From: Acidimicrobiia bacterium
GTDB lineage: Bacteria; Actinomycetota; Acidimicrobiia; Acidimicrobiales; VFJN01
Direction of reading: 5' to 3'
Length of the DNA: 64,000 nucleotides
Assembly: GCA_046537875.1 (NCBI GenBank)
Contig: JBKHJZ010000002.1
Span: forward strand, 50-64,049
Shown: positions 38,127-48,729 of the stretch, piece after piece
Numbering within the stretch: position 1 is the first letter of the stretch
How the letters are laid out: every line of letters begins with the position of its first letter
The notes under the pieces: generated by a model
Database searches by the model: none
Told to the model about the DNA's origin: nothing
Seen by the model: the letters and a program-made list of their open reading frames with translations, nothing else
Position numbers and translations under genes: made by a program

Positions 38127-38765
38127 TCACGACGCGGCCTCCGCGGTGCGGTCGAGCCCGAGGGTGACCAGAAGGTCCTCGTGCAGCTCGAACCAGACCG
38201 TGTGGTAGCTGCGCACGCCCGGCTTCGCGACGTGGTCGCCGTCCCCGGCGAGCGCGCGCTCCAGGGCGGCGTCGAGCTCTGCCCGGTAGGGCCGGTAGCG
38301 GCGGAGCGCCCCTGCGAGCTCGTCGCACAGCGGGACCACCCGCCGGTGGACATCGACCAGCTCCTCGAGCACGGCGGCGTCGTAGCGGGCATCGGTGTGG
38401 TCGTTGCGCACCAGCCGCCCGGCGATCGGACGCACCTGCCACCGGCTCGCCAGCTCGAGCACCGCAGGGTTGAGCTCGCGGAAGCGCCGGTACGCGGCCG
38501 CCACGAGGGGCCGCGCGCCGGAGACGTCGAGCTCTCGCCGCGCCAGCCGTGCGTGCTCCGCGCGGCCTGCCGGGGTGAGCGACCAGCCCGTCAGCGGGCC
38601 GCTCGCCCGGTGCTCGACGAGGCGCGACGAGGCGAGCTCGTCGAGGATCCGGAGCACGGTGACGTCGTCGATCCCGCTGCGTGCCGCCACCGTGCCGGGG
38701 TCGGCCACGCCGGCCACCCGCAGGCGGTGCAGCACCAGGAAGCGGGGGTCGGACCGGTGCACCAT
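38127..38765 (-). CDS. hypothetical protein with N-terminal winged-helix (MarR-like) region
   Basis: FLVLHRLRVAGVADPGTVAARSGIDDVTVLRILDELASSRLVEH looks like a wHTH. I do not recognise the remainder. Confidence 0.4.
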   Translation of the reverse strand: MVHRSDPRFLVLHRLRVAGVADPGTVAARSGIDDVTVLRILDELASSRLVEHRASGPLTGWSLTPAGRAEHARLARRELDVSGARPLVAAAYRRFRELNPAVLELASRWQVRPIAGRLVRNDHTDARYDAAVLEELVDVHRRVVPLCDELAGALRRYRPYRAELDAALERALAGDGDHVAKPGVRSYHTVWFELHEDLLVTLGLDRTAEAAS

Positions 38766-38837
38766 CGTCCCGCAGGGTACTACCGGGGACGTCGCCGGTG
38801 ACCCCGGTTCGACGGGCCGGGGTGCCGACCGGGTCGG

Positions 38838-39965
38838 TCAGCTCGCGGTGTCGCTGGCCGCGAGCTGGAACATCGAGTACTCGTCGCCGGTGTCCGGGGT
38901 GTGCTCGAACTGGATGACGCCGAGCTCCTCGAAGCGCGACCGCAGCCAGCCGCCGTTGGCGTCGAGCAGACCCAGCTTCTTGCAGTTCGGGACGATCTTG
39001 GAGAACAGGAGCTGCTGGAAGCCCGCACGCTGGGGGGAGGCCATGATGAGCGGAAGCACCTCGTCGACGCGCAGGCCCATCCGGTCCCACACCTCCTGCT
39101 GCAGGAACCGGTCGCGCATGCGGACCGCGGCCTCGTAGGCGAACTCCTGGCGCTCGCGCATCTCGGCATCGCTCAGCTCGGCGTAGTACTCCTTGAGCGA
39201 CAGCACGCCGAAGGCCACGTGGCGCGCTTCGTCGGCCATCACGTACCGGATGAGCTGCTTGAGGAGCGGCTCGGTCGACAGCTGCTGCATGAAGCCGAAG
39301 GCGGCGAGCGCGAGGCCCTCCACCATGATCTGCATGCCCAGGTAGGTCATGTCCCACCGGCTGTCCCTGACGATGTCGTCGAGCAGCATCCGCAGGTGGG
39401 CGTTGATCGGGTAGTGGCCGGACAGCTTCTCGTCGAGGTACTTGGCGAACACCTCGACGTGGCGGGCCTCGTCCATCACCTGGGTCGACGCGTAGTACTT
39501 GGCGTCGATCCACGGCACGGTCTCGACGATCTTCGCCGTGCAGATGAGCGCGCCCTGCTCGCCGTGCATGAACTGGCTCAGCGTCCAGTTCTGGTTCTCG
39601 ATGCCGAGCTGGATCCATTCCTTCGGCCCGAACGTGGCGAACGGCGTGTCGGCGAGCGCCGCCTCGTCGATCCCCCCGGTGATGCCCCCCATGTTGGTCA
39701 TCGCGTTGTTGAGGACCACGGCCTCCTGGTCGACGTCGGTGTCCCAGGGCAGGTCGGTCTGGCCGTTCCACTGCGACGTCTTGGCCTTCTCGTAGAGCTT
39801 GTTGAGGGCGGGGCGAGCGCCCTTCTCGTAGTCCCACGTGAAGATGGCGTCGGCGTTGTCGCTCACCGTGTGGACCAGCGCGTGCACGTCGGTGTTGGCG
39901 ACCGACAGGGTCGCCGCGAGGTCGTCGGGACCGGTGCGGCCGGTCTGCTGTGCGTCGCTGGTCAT
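38838..39965 (-). CDS. ferritin-like di-iron carboxylate protein (AurF/R2-like oxidase-type)
   Basis: Two E...DEARH pairs are present: HGEQGA ... MDEARHVEVF and MVEGLALA ... ADEARHVAFG. This is the E/ExxH x2 di-iron ligand pattern. Its ATG overlaps the stop of the upstream TetR gene (ATGA). Confidence 0.6.
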   Translation of the reverse strand: MTSDAQQTGRTGPDDLAATLSVANTDVHALVHTVSDNADAIFTWDYEKGARPALNKLYEKAKTSQWNGQTDLPWDTDVDQEAVVLNNAMTNMGGITGGIDEAALADTPFATFGPKEWIQLGIENQNWTLSQFMHGEQGALICTAKIVETVPWIDAKYYASTQVMDEARHVEVFAKYLDEKLSGHYPINAHLRMLLDDIVRDSRWDMTYLGMQIMVEGLALAAFGFMQQLSTEPLLKQLIRYVMADEARHVAFGVLSLKEYYAELSDAEMRERQEFAYEAAVRMRDRFLQQEVWDRMGLRVDEVLPLIMASPQRAGFQQLLFSKIVPNCKKLGLLDANGGWLRSRFEELGVIQFEHTPDTGDEYSMFQLAASDTAS

Positions 39966-40675
39966 GGCTCCTCCTCGGGGGATCGGTGATCGGTGGCGGG
40001 CGAGGCGCCGCAGGGCGCCGTGGCGGCCAGGCGCCGGAGCCCCGGAACCAGGTAGGTCCGGACGAGGCGCTCGATCGACGCCGGCCGGCGGGGATCGACC
40101 GACGGCGACGGCGTCCCCGCGTAGCTGACCACCACCCGCGTCAGCCAGTCGGCGGCGGGGGCGACCGCATGGTCGGGCAGGAACCTCGCCAGGTGGGGCC
40201 GGCTGAGGACGACCGCCACGGCGATGACACCGTCGAGCCGGTCGAACGCGAAGTGGGGCATGATCGCCGAGGGTTCCCGCTCCAGAAGCGTGCGGAGCGC
40301 CGGGTGGTCGACCACCAGGCTGAGCACGGCCGTGAGGCCGGTGGTGAGCAGGTCCTCGAGCGAGTCGCAGGCGGCGAGATCGGCGTCGATGTCGTGGAGC
40401 AACCGGCCCGCCTCGTGCCTGAGGACCACGTCGACCAGCCGGTCCTTGCCCCCGGGAAAAGCGCGGTAGGCGGTCGCCCGACCCACCCCGGCCTCACGGG
40501 CGATGTCGTCGAGCGTGGTCTTGCGCAGCCCCCACCGGCCGATGCAGCGGACCGCGGCGTCGACGAGGCGGCGCTCGAGCGGGCCGGCGTCGAGCCACGT
40601 GGCCGCCCACCCGGCGGGCGCAGTTCCCGCCTGGCGTGTGCCAGAGGTCACGCTCATGCCTGAGACAGTACGCAT
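39962..40675 (-). CDS. TetR/AcrR family transcriptional regulator
   Basis: HTH region LRKTTLDDIAREAGVGRATAYRAFPGGKDRL. An alternative ATG lies at 40657. Confidence 0.8.
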   Translation of the reverse strand: MRTVSGMSVTSGTRQAGTAPAGWAATWLDAGPLERRLVDAAVRCIGRWGLRKTTLDDIAREAGVGRATAYRAFPGGKDRLVDVVLRHEAGRLLHDIDADLAACDSLEDLLTTGLTAVLSLVVDHPALRTLLEREPSAIMPHFAFDRLDGVIAVAVVLSRPHLARFLPDHAVAPAADWLTRVVVSYAGTPSPSVDPRRPASIERLVRTYLVPGLRRLAATAPCGASPATDHRSPEEEP

Positions 40676-40744
40676 GGATTCGTCTCATCGTCCACATGCT
40701 CTTGCGAGCGGGCCGCCGCGAGTGGCCCGGGTCAGCGGCCCGGG

Positions 40745-41323
40745 TCAGCGGGACGTGTCGATCACGCCCGGGAGCAGCTGGTCTCGGACCAGCCGGCGCA
40801 CGGCCACGGGGTCGTCGAGGTCCCAGAAGCCCGCGGCCCCGGCGAACGACAGGGCCATTCGGGCAAGGAGGTCCGCCGCCTCGCCCACCTCGACCCCCGG
40901 CCGCAGCGGGACCTCGCGGAGCAGGGCGGCTAGCTCGTCCCGCAGCAGCCCGGCGACGATCGGCACCGCCCGGGCCAGCGGGGGCACGATCTGCCCGGCA
41001 TCGTTCACGAGTGCGCCCTGGAGCACCGTGTTCTCCGCCACCCGGCGGTGAGCGGCGAGCAGCCACCCCTCCAGCAACGCAGCCGCGTCGCGGACCTCAC
41101 CGAGGTCCGCCCGCAGCCGCTCGAAGAACTCGCCCACCCCGCGGGTGATGGCGGCGCCGACGACCTCGTCACGCCCGCCGGGGAACGAGCGGTACACCGT
41201 GGCACGGGCCACCCCCGCCTCCCGCGCGACCGCCTCCAGGGTGATCGTGCCGACGCCGTCGCGGGCCATGCAGGCGTAGGCCGCCGTCACGATGCGGTCG
41301 CGGGTGAAGGCACCGTCGGCCAC
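40745..41323 (-). CDS. TetR/AcrR family transcriptional regulator
   Basis: HTH region [31 protein letters not shown]. 192 aa. Confidence 0.8.
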   Translation of the reverse strand: MADGAFTRDRIVTAAYACMARDGVGTITLEAVAREAGVARATVYRSFPGGRDEVVGAAITRGVGEFFERLRADLGEVRDAAALLEGWLLAAHRRVAENTVLQGALVNDAGQIVPPLARAVPIVAGLLRDELAALLREVPLRPGVEVGEAADLLARMALSFAGAAGFWDLDDPVAVRRLVRDQLLPGVIDTSR

Positions 41324-41386
41324 GCCCGCTCCTCACACGGTCCCGTACGGCTCGGCGTCCACGTCCAGGCCCATCCGCTCGGCCTC

Positions 41387-42196
41387 TCACCCGCCCTGGC
41401 GGAGCAGCTCGTCCAGCTCGCGGTCGAGGTCGTCGGCCGCAGCGCCCCGGTCGACGTGGCGCCGCCGGACGACGTTGCGCAACACGAGCGGGTACCCGAT
41501 CACCGCGATCGCCGAGAAGATGAACCACTGCACCGCGTACCCCAGATGCGGGCCCTCCGAGAGGTCGGCCCCGGGCACCGGCCGGATGATCCCCGCGGTG
41601 CCCGCCGCGGGCTCGCCGGCCGCCTGCTCGCCGGCCCCCGGCTCCGGCGGCGTGGACGACTCGGCGCGCAGGACGACCGGCAGCGTCCCCTCCCCGTCGA
41701 GCAGGGGTGCCAGGTCGCGCGGGGCCGTGCCGTCCAGCTTGCCCGGGTCGACCACGGGGCCGGTGACCCTGACCTCGCCCTCGGGTGGTGGTGGATCGTC
41801 GACCTGCCCGTCGGCGCCGAACCCCACGAATCCCCGGATGACGCCGACCCGGGCGCCACCGAGATCCAGCGGGGTCACCAGCCAGGCCCCGGCCACGCCG
41901 TCCTGGGTCCGGTTCCGCACCTCGACGGTGCCGGCGGGGTCGTAGGTACCGGCGGCCGTCACCGTGCGGAAGCGCGCCCGGTCGACCTCGGCCTGCTCCG
42001 ATGCGGGCGCCACGAGGTCCTCGACCGGCACGGCGGGTTGCTCCTCCCGGGCCTCGATCACGTCGTTGCGGTCGCGACGCTGGTCGAGCCGGTCGAGCTG
42101 CCAGAACCCCAGGTTGACCATGGCGACCACCAGCACGAGCACCAGCGCGTGCGACAGCAGCCACAGCGGGCGGAGCAGGAAGCGCGCGGATGCCAC
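41387..42196 (-). CDS. SURF1 family cytochrome oxidase assembly protein
   Basis: N-terminal TM followed by [17 protein letters not shown], and a C-terminal [21 protein letters not shown]. These are the characteristic SURF1 ends. Confidence 0.8.
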   Translation of the reverse strand: MASARFLLRPLWLLSHALVLVLVVAMVNLGFWQLDRLDQRRDRNDVIEAREEQPAVPVEDLVAPASEQAEVDRARFRTVTAAGTYDPAGTVEVRNRTQDGVAGAWLVTPLDLGGARVGVIRGFVGFGADGQVDDPPPPEGEVRVTGPVVDPGKLDGTAPRDLAPLLDGEGTLPVVLRAESSTPPEPGAGEQAAGEPAAGTAGIIRPVPGADLSEGPHLGYAVQWFIFSAIAVIGYPLVLRNVVRRRHVDRGAAADDLDRELDELLRQGG

Positions 42197-42258
42197 CCCG
42201 CCAGGCTACGGCGGCGGCCCGACCCCGGGACCACCCGGATCCGGCCGCCGCCCGATCC

Positions 42259-43890
42259 TCAGGTCGTCGGCAGCTGGTGGTCGGCGAAGCGCTCCCGCAG
42301 GTCCTTCTTCGAGAACTTGCCGACCGACGTCTTGGGAATCTCGTCGACGAAGACCACGTCGTCGGGCAGCCACCACTTGGCCACCCGCCCGTCGAGGAAG
42401 TCCACGATCTCGTCCCTCGTCGCCGACTGGCCTTCGGCCGGCACCACGACGGCGAGGGGACGCTCGCCCCACTTCGGGTGCGACAGGGCGATGACCGCCG
42501 CCTCGGCCACCTTGGGGTGCGCCATGATCTCGTTCTCGAGCTCGACCGAGCTGATCCACTCGCCGCCCGACTTGATCACGTCCTTCGTGCGGTCACGCAG
42601 GCGGATGTACCCGTGGCGGTCGATCGTGGCGACGTCGCCGGTCTTCAGCCAGCCGTCCTCGGTGAACGACTCCGGCGAGCGATCGTCGTTGTAGTAGGCG
42701 GACGCGATCCACGGGCCCCGCACCTGCAGCTCTCCCGAGGACTCGCCGTCCCACGGCTGCTCCTTGCCGGTCACCTGGTCGGCGATCCGGGCCTCGACCC
42801 CGAGCAGCGGCTGCCCGACGGTGGTCCGCAGGTCGGCCTTGCCCTCGTCGTCGAGCTGCGCGGCCAGCGTCGACTTGATCTGGCCCGACGAGGCCACCGG
42901 CGAGGTCTCGGTCATCCCCCAGGCCTGCATGATCGGCAGGCCGACCTTCTCGCGGTACGCCTCTGACAGGGCGCGCGGGACCGCGGAGCCGCCGCACGGG
43001 ATGGCCCGGAGGCTCGACACGTCCCGGCCCTCGAGCTCCGGCAGCACGCCCATCCAGATGGTCGGCACCCCCGCCGCCACCGTGACCCGCTCCGACTCGA
43101 TCAGCGACGCCAGGCCCTTCGGCGACAGGTCGGGCCCCGGCATGACCAGGTCGGCACCGCACGCGACCGCCGCGTGGGCCAGCCCCCAGGCGTTGGCGTG
43201 GAACATCGGGACCACGGGCAGCACCCGGTCGGACTCCACCGGGCCGAGCCCGCCGGCCGTGAGCACGCCCATCGTGTGCAGGAACGTCGACCGGTGCGAG
43301 TAGACGACACCCTTCGGGTTGCCCGTGGTGCCGCTCGTGTAGCACATCGACGCCGCCCGGTTCTCGTCCTCGACCCGGAAGTCCACCGGCGTCGCGCCGG
43401 CGAGGAGCTCCTCGTAGTCGTGCACCTCCTTGCCGGCCGGGGCGTCCGGCACCTCGCCCGACCCGTCGTCCATGATCACCACGTGGCGCACGGTCTTGAA
43501 CTGGTCGAGCAGCGGCCACATCGGCGCGGCGAGCGTCCGGTCGACGAAGATCACCTCGTCCTCGGCATGGTTCGCCACATAGGCCAGCTGCTGCGGGAAG
43601 AGCCGGATGTTGAGCGCGTGGAGCACGCGCCCGGTGCACGGCGCCGCGAAGTACAGCTCGAGGTGGCGGGCGCTGTTCCAGCCGAACGTCGCCACCCGGC
43701 CGTCGTCGGTGACGCCCAGCCGGTCGAGCACGCCTCCGAGCCGTCGCGTCCGCGTGGCCCAGTCGCCGTAGGTCACCCACTGCTTGCCTGCGGCGGTGAC
43801 CGTGACCACACCCTTGTCGAAGTACAGCCGCTCGGCCCGCGCATGCAGGTGCGGGAGGGTGAGCGGGTAGTCCTGCATGAGCCCTTGCAT
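42259..43890 (-). CDS. AMP-dependent acyl-CoA synthetase (long/medium-chain fatty-acid--CoA ligase-like)
   Basis: AMP-binding motif [18 protein letters not shown], then [31 protein letters not shown]. The ATG at 43890 is preceded by AGGGGGA. The track start at 44145 over-extends. Confidence 0.85.
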   Translation of the reverse strand: MQGLMQDYPLTLPHLHARAERLYFDKGVVTVTAAGKQWVTYGDWATRTRRLGGVLDRLGVTDDGRVATFGWNSARHLELYFAAPCTGRVLHALNIRLFPQQLAYVANHAEDEVIFVDRTLAAPMWPLLDQFKTVRHVVIMDDGSGEVPDAPAGKEVHDYEELLAGATPVDFRVEDENRAASMCYTSGTTGNPKGVVYSHRSTFLHTMGVLTAGGLGPVESDRVLPVVPMFHANAWGLAHAAVACGADLVMPGPDLSPKGLASLIESERVTVAAGVPTIWMGVLPELEGRDVSSLRAIPCGGSAVPRALSEAYREKVGLPIMQAWGMTETSPVASSGQIKSTLAAQLDDEGKADLRTTVGQPLLGVEARIADQVTGKEQPWDGESSGELQVRGPWIASAYYNDDRSPESFTEDGWLKTGDVATIDRHGYIRLRDRTKDVIKSGGEWISSVELENEIMAHPKVAEAAVIALSHPKWGERPLAVVVPAEGQSATRDEIVDFLDGRVAKWWLPDDVVFVDEIPKTSVGKFSKKDLRERFADHQLPTT

Positions 43891-44156
43891 CGGTCCCCCT
43901 GTCGGCTGCTCGCGGTCACCCCCAGCGTAGGCCGGATCCGGGCAGCGGTCGCCTCCGCCGCTGTCACGCAGCCCGCCCGAGGGCGCGACCGACCCCGGCG
44001 GCGCCTCCGGCGCCATCGGCCCGGGCGCCCTGCCTCTATGCTCTGCCGATCGGCGGGGTCGCCAGCGCGCGCCCGGCAGATCGGTCCGTGCAGGCAACGG
44101 GCCCAGCCGGACCATCGCCGCCGACGAGCGACACCCAGCCCCCACGACCTCGCGCC

Positions 44157-44900
44157 ATGAGCTCCGACCCGATCGAGACCCAGACGCCGGCCCGGCCTCG
44201 TCCCTCCCGCCGGGCCGTGACCCTCGTCGCCATGCCGCTCGTGGCGCTGGTGGTGCTCTCGAACGTGGGCGACGCGCTGGCCCCGTCGCTGGTCGATCGC
44301 CATCCCGCGTGGCTCATCGCCCTCAACGCGCGCAACCGCAACCTGGCGCTGGTCACCAACTCGCTCGACGCCCCCACCTACTACATCGTCGCCACGCTTC
44401 GGCTGCTCGCGAGCGACCCTCTCTTCTTCCTGCTCGGCTACTGGTACGGCGACACCGCCGTGCGGTGGATGGAGCGGCGCACCCGCACCTGGGGCCAGCT
44501 GCTGCGCCAGCTCGAGCGGGGGTTCGGCAAGGCCGCGTACCCGCTGATCTTCCTCGCGCCGAACAACCCCATCTGCCTGTTCGCGGGGGCCGCCGGCATG
44601 CCGCTGCGGGCCTTCTTCGCTGTCAACCTCGCCGGCACGCTGGTGCGGCTCTACGTGATCCGCCGCTTCGGCGAGGCGTTCGAGGCGCCGATCGACGACG
44701 TGGTCGGCTGGATCGCCGACAACCGGATCCCGCTGCTGGTGGTGACCATCACGATCGTCCTGGTGTCCCTGGCGCTCGAGGCGCGGCGGGGCGAGACCGA
44801 GGTGACCTCGCTCGCCCATCTCGACGACGAGCTGGAGGACGTCGACCGCGAGATCCACGAGGGCCCGGCCGACGCCCCGGCGGACGACCGCGACGCCTGA
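44157..44900 (+). CDS. DedA/VTT-domain-like membrane protein (putative)
   Basis: Several hydrophobic segments, plus DPLFFLLGYWYG and AAYPLIFLAPNNPICLFAGAAGM, which resemble VTT/SNARE-associated domain proteins. The C-terminal tail is acidic. Confidence 0.5.
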   Translation: MSSDPIETQTPARPRPSRRAVTLVAMPLVALVVLSNVGDALAPSLVDRHPAWLIALNARNRNLALVTNSLDAPTYYIVATLRLLASDPLFFLLGYWYGDTAVRWMERRTRTWGQLLRQLERGFGKAAYPLIFLAPNNPICLFAGAAGMPLRAFFAVNLAGTLVRLYVIRRFGEAFEAPIDDVVGWIADNRIPLLVVTITIVLVSLALEARRGETEVTSLAHLDDELEDVDREIHEGPADAPADDRDA

Positions 44901-45024
44901 CGGGGCACGCCGGACGGCGTCCCCGGGCCCGGCGAGCGGGAGGCGCAGCCCGAGCGCCGCGATGGGACCGCCCCGGCACGGCCCCCGCACGGCCCCCGGG
45001 ACCGCCCTCCCGACCCGCCGGGGC

Positions 45025-48000
45025 TCACACGGAGGGCGACCCGGGACCCGGGGTGGTGGCCTGCCGGTCCCCCGACCGGTGCATGACATCCTCGTTCGTG
45101 CCGAGGTACGACGCGATCACGGCCGGATCGCCCAGAACCTCGTCGGGGGTGCCGGAGGCGATCACCCGACCCTGCTCGAGCGCCACGAAGCGCTCGCACA
45201 ACGTGGCGAGCAGGTCGATGTCGTGCTCGACCACCATCATCGAGCAGCCGGTCTCCTCCTGGACGCGCCGGAGCAGCGGGCCCAGCGCCTCGCTCTCGCG
45301 CTGGGCGACGCCCGCCGACGGCTCGTCCAGCAGCACGAGCGCCGGATCCTGCGCGAGCAGGCACGCCAGCTCGACGATGCGCCGCGTCCCCGTCGACAGC
45401 TCGCCCGTCGGCCGGTCGGCGTACGGACCCAGGTTCAGCAGCTCGATCAGCTGGTCGACCCGCTCGAACGCGGACAGCTCGGATTCGGTCGATGCCGGCA
45501 GCCGCAGCGCCGCGGCCAGCGGGTCGCGGTTGGCCAGGTGGCGCTCCAGCGCCACGGCCACGGCCTCGGACACCCGCAGCGACGGGTAGAGCAGCGCCTC
45601 CTGGAAGGTGCGGCCGACCTGGGCGATCGCCCGCTGGTGGGGCGCCCAGTTGGTGATGTCCACCCCGCCGAGCGTCACCCTCCCGCCGTCGGCGGGCAGG
45701 AAGCCGGTGAGCACGTCGAAGAGCGTGGTCTTGCCTGCGCCGTTGTGGCCGATGAGCCCGATGGTGGTCGCGGGCGGCACCACCAGGTCGACCTTGTCGA
45801 CAGCGGTGATGCCCCCGAACCGCTTGGTGACCCCCCGGCACTCCAGCGTCAGCCCCCGGGCGGCGTGCTCGACCGCCGGGCGTTCGTCGCCGGACGCCCC
45901 GGCGTGGCGGGGCACCGCGGCGGTGTCGCCGATGAAGACCGAGCGCAGGATGTCGGGCCGATCGAGCAGCCCCGCCGTCGGCCCCCGGAACCGGACCTGC
46001 CCCTTCTCGAGGAACAGGGCCCGGTTGCAGAGCAACAGGGCCACGTTGACCGACTGCTCGATCAGCACGACCGTCGTGCCGGCCGCGTGGATCTCACGCA
46101 CCTTCTCGACCAGGCGGTCGACCACGGTCGGGGCCAAGCCGAGCGACAGCTCGTCGACGAGCAGCAACTTCGGCCGGGTCACGAAGGCCATCGCCAGCGA
46201 GAGCTGCTGCTGCTCGCCGCCCGACAGGTCGCCCGCCAACTGGTCGCGGCGTTCGTCCAGGACCGGGAACATGGCCGTCACCTCGGCGATCCCGCGCTCG
46301 GCCGCCTCGCGGTCGTGGCGGAGCATCCATGTGGCGAGGCGGAGGTTCTCGGCGACCGTGAGGGCGGGGAACACCCCGTGGCCCCCGGGCACCATCGACA
46401 AGCCCCGGCGGGCGATCTCCTCGGCCGGCTGGCCGGTGATGTCCTGGCCGTCGAACACCACCCGACCGTGCGTCGGGGGCAAGAGGCCGCTCACGGTCTT
46501 GAGCAGCGTCGACTTGCCGGAGCCGTTGGTCCCCAGCAGGGCCAGCAGCTCGTTGCGCTCGGCCGATGCGTCCACCCCGAAGAGCACCTGCAGAGATCCG
46601 TACGCGGCCTCCACGCCCTCCATGGCGAGCAGGTCTGACCCCAGGCGCTCACGCCGCACGCTGCCGAGCACGATCCCGGCGTTGGTGGCATCGCGGACGA
46701 TGACGCCCGACCCCGTGTCGTCCACCGGCTGGTCGACCGTCTCCACCTCCTCCTTCAGCTCGATGCCGTGACGCCGCGCCGCGAGGCCTGCGAAGCGGTC
46801 GCGCAGCCGTTCGAAGACCTGGGCGAAGCCGCCGGGCACGAGCATGAGGATGACCAGCAGGCCCACACCGGTGAGCAGCAGCTGCGCCTTGGGGAAGAGG
46901 TAGCCGAGCCACTGGATGGCCACCACACCCGCCAACGCGCCCCCCACCGAGGAGACCCCGCCGATGACCGCCATCGAGAACACCAGGAGGCTGGTGGCCG
47001 CCGGATAGGTCGACTGGCCGATGCCCCGCAGCGCCACCGCGTGGACCCCACCGGCGACGCCGGCGACGATCCCGGCGAAGACGAAGGCCGACAGCCGCGC
47101 CGCCACCGGGCTGATGCCGGCCGCCGAGGCACCCCGCGCGTTGTCGCGGGTGGCGGAGATGACCCGGCCCGCCCGGGCCGCCCGCAGGTTGCGCACCACG
47201 AACACCACCAGGCCGAGCAGCACGAGTGCCAGCGCGTACAGCCACCGCTCGTCGGACAGGTCGACCACACCCCACAGCTCCGGCCGCTCGTAGGCTGCCG
47301 GGAGCAGCGAGCCGTGGTTGGCCGGGTTCAGCACGTACAGCTCCATCGCCACCGCGAACGCGAGCGTGGTCACTGCGAGGAACTGCCCCGAGACCCGGAG
47401 AGCGGGGATACCGAGCACCAGCGCGGCGATGCCGCCGGCGATCGCGGCGAGCCCCAGCGCCAGGAACAGGTCGGCGTTCTCGTCGGCGATCAGGTTGGCC
47501 GTCACCACGGCACCGACGCCCATGATGCCGACCTGGCCGAGGCTCACGGCGCCGCCCCAGCCGGTGAGCATCACCAGAGACACCGCCACCAGCCCGTAGG
47601 CCAGCGTGAGCGTGCCGAAGTTGACCTGGGAGTCGCTGCCCAGCGCCGGGAGCAGCAGCACCCCGGCGGCGACGATCAGCCCCACTGCCACGCGGGCCGC
47701 GCGGACCTCGCGCAGGTGCGCCAGCGCGCGGGGCAGTGCGTGCCCCACACCCACGATCGACCAGGAGCTGTCGCCGGCGAGCGCCCGGCTGATCGGGCGC
47801 CGCTGCACCAGCAGGGCGACGACGATCACCCCGAGGAGCACCACCGACGTCGGTGTCGTGCGGTCGATGTTCCACAGCACGAGCTGATCGATGACGCCGA
47901 GGCCCACGCCCGCGAGGAACGCGCCCCACAGCGAGCCCATGCCGACGACCACGGCCGCGGCCAGCGCGGGCAGGAGCACCACGGGGCCTGCGGCGGCGCT

Positions 48001-48729
48001 GAGCGGGACCCCCTCGGTCGGCGCCCGCAGAACCACGGTCAACGCCGCCAACCCACCGGCCAGCGACCACAGCAGGAGCGAGAGGCGCGTCACCGGGATG
48101 CCGAGCAGCCGGGCCCGGTCCATGTTCTCGGCCATCCCCCGCACCGCGATGCCGGCTTCCGTGCGCAGGAGGAACCACCCGAGCGCGATCAGCACGACCG
48201 GCACGATCGCCAACAGGAGGATGTCGTTGCCGGTGAAGACCACGGCATCGATCGAGAACTCGTTGTCGGTCAGCGGGGTCTCGACCCGCGGGACGAAGTC
48301 GGGAGCGTCCAGCCAGCCGGGCATGTAGAGCGCCAGGCCACCGAGGAGCTGGGCGAGGCCGATGGTGGCGACCGTGAGGACGAGGCGGGGAGCGTCGGCG
48401 AAGCGTCGCACCACGACGCGCTCGACGAGTGCGCCGACCGCGATCCCGGCGACGACCCCGATCGGGGCGGCGACCAGCCAGGGCACGTCCTGGCCGATCG
48501 CCAGGCCCGCAGCCACGGCGCCACCCAGGCTCCCCATGGCGCCGTAGGCGAAGTTGATGATCCGCGTCGTGCGGTAGATGAGCACCAGGCCCACCGCCAG
48601 GAGGCCGGTGGCCGTGCCGAACAGCGCACCCTTGGCCACCACGCCGAGGGGCACCGATCCCGGGAAGAGCTGCGTGATCGCGAGGACGCAGACCGCCACG
48701 GCTGCGACCACTGCGTGCGACCGCCTCAC
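45025..48729 (-). CDS. second fused HAAT-type ABC importer: LivH-LivM-LivF-LivG modules in one 1234-aa polypeptide
   Basis: The GTG at 48727..48729 overlaps the binding-protein stop (GTGA) and is in frame with the long ORF. Permease motifs are IYRTTRIINFAYGAMG and LTGWGGAVSLGQVGIMG. ATPase 1 has GTNGSGKST (about 46508..46533) and LSGGEQQQL. ATPase 2 has GHNGAGKTT (about 45724..45750) and LSTGTRRIV. Confidence 0.85.
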   Translation of the reverse strand: MRRSHAVVAAVAVCVLAITQLFPGSVPLGVVAKGALFGTATGLLAVGLVLIYRTTRIINFAYGAMGSLGGAVAAGLAIGQDVPWLVAAPIGVVAGIAVGALVERVVVRRFADAPRLVLTVATIGLAQLLGGLALYMPGWLDAPDFVPRVETPLTDNEFSIDAVVFTGNDILLLAIVPVVLIALGWFLLRTEAGIAVRGMAENMDRARLLGIPVTRLSLLLWSLAGGLAALTVVLRAPTEGVPLSAAAGPVVLLPALAAAVVVGMGSLWGAFLAGVGLGVIDQLVLWNIDRTTPTSVVLLGVIVVALLVQRRPISRALAGDSSWSIVGVGHALPRALAHLREVRAARVAVGLIVAAGVLLLPALGSDSQVNFGTLTLAYGLVAVSLVMLTGWGGAVSLGQVGIMGVGAVVTANLIADENADLFLALGLAAIAGGIAALVLGIPALRVSGQFLAVTTLAFAVAMELYVLNPANHGSLLPAAYERPELWGVVDLSDERWLYALALVLLGLVVFVVRNLRAARAGRVISATRDNARGASAAGISPVAARLSAFVFAGIVAGVAGGVHAVALRGIGQSTYPAATSLLVFSMAVIGGVSSVGGALAGVVAIQWLGYLFPKAQLLLTGVGLLVILMLVPGGFAQVFERLRDRFAGLAARRHGIELKEEVETVDQPVDDTGSGVIVRDATNAGIVLGSVRRERLGSDLLAMEGVEAAYGSLQVLFGVDASAERNELLALLGTNGSGKSTLLKTVSGLLPPTHGRVVFDGQDITGQPAEEIARRGLSMVPGGHGVFPALTVAENLRLATWMLRHDREAAERGIAEVTAMFPVLDERRDQLAGDLSGGEQQQLSLAMAFVTRPKLLLVDELSLGLAPTVVDRLVEKVREIHAAGTTVVLIEQSVNVALLLCNRALFLEKGQVRFRGPTAGLLDRPDILRSVFIGDTAAVPRHAGASGDERPAVEHAARGLTLECRGVTKRFGGITAVDKVDLVVPPATTIGLIGHNGAGKTTLFDVLTGFLPADGGRVTLGGVDITNWAPHQRAIAQVGRTFQEALLYPSLRVSEAVAVALERHLANRDPLAAALRLPASTESELSAFERVDQLIELLNLGPYADRPTGELSTGTRRIVELACLLAQDPALVLLDEPSAGVAQRESEALGPLLRRVQEETGCSMMVVEHDIDLLATLCERFVALEQGRVIASGTPDEVLGDPAVIASYLGTNEDVMHRSGDRQATTPGPGSPSV

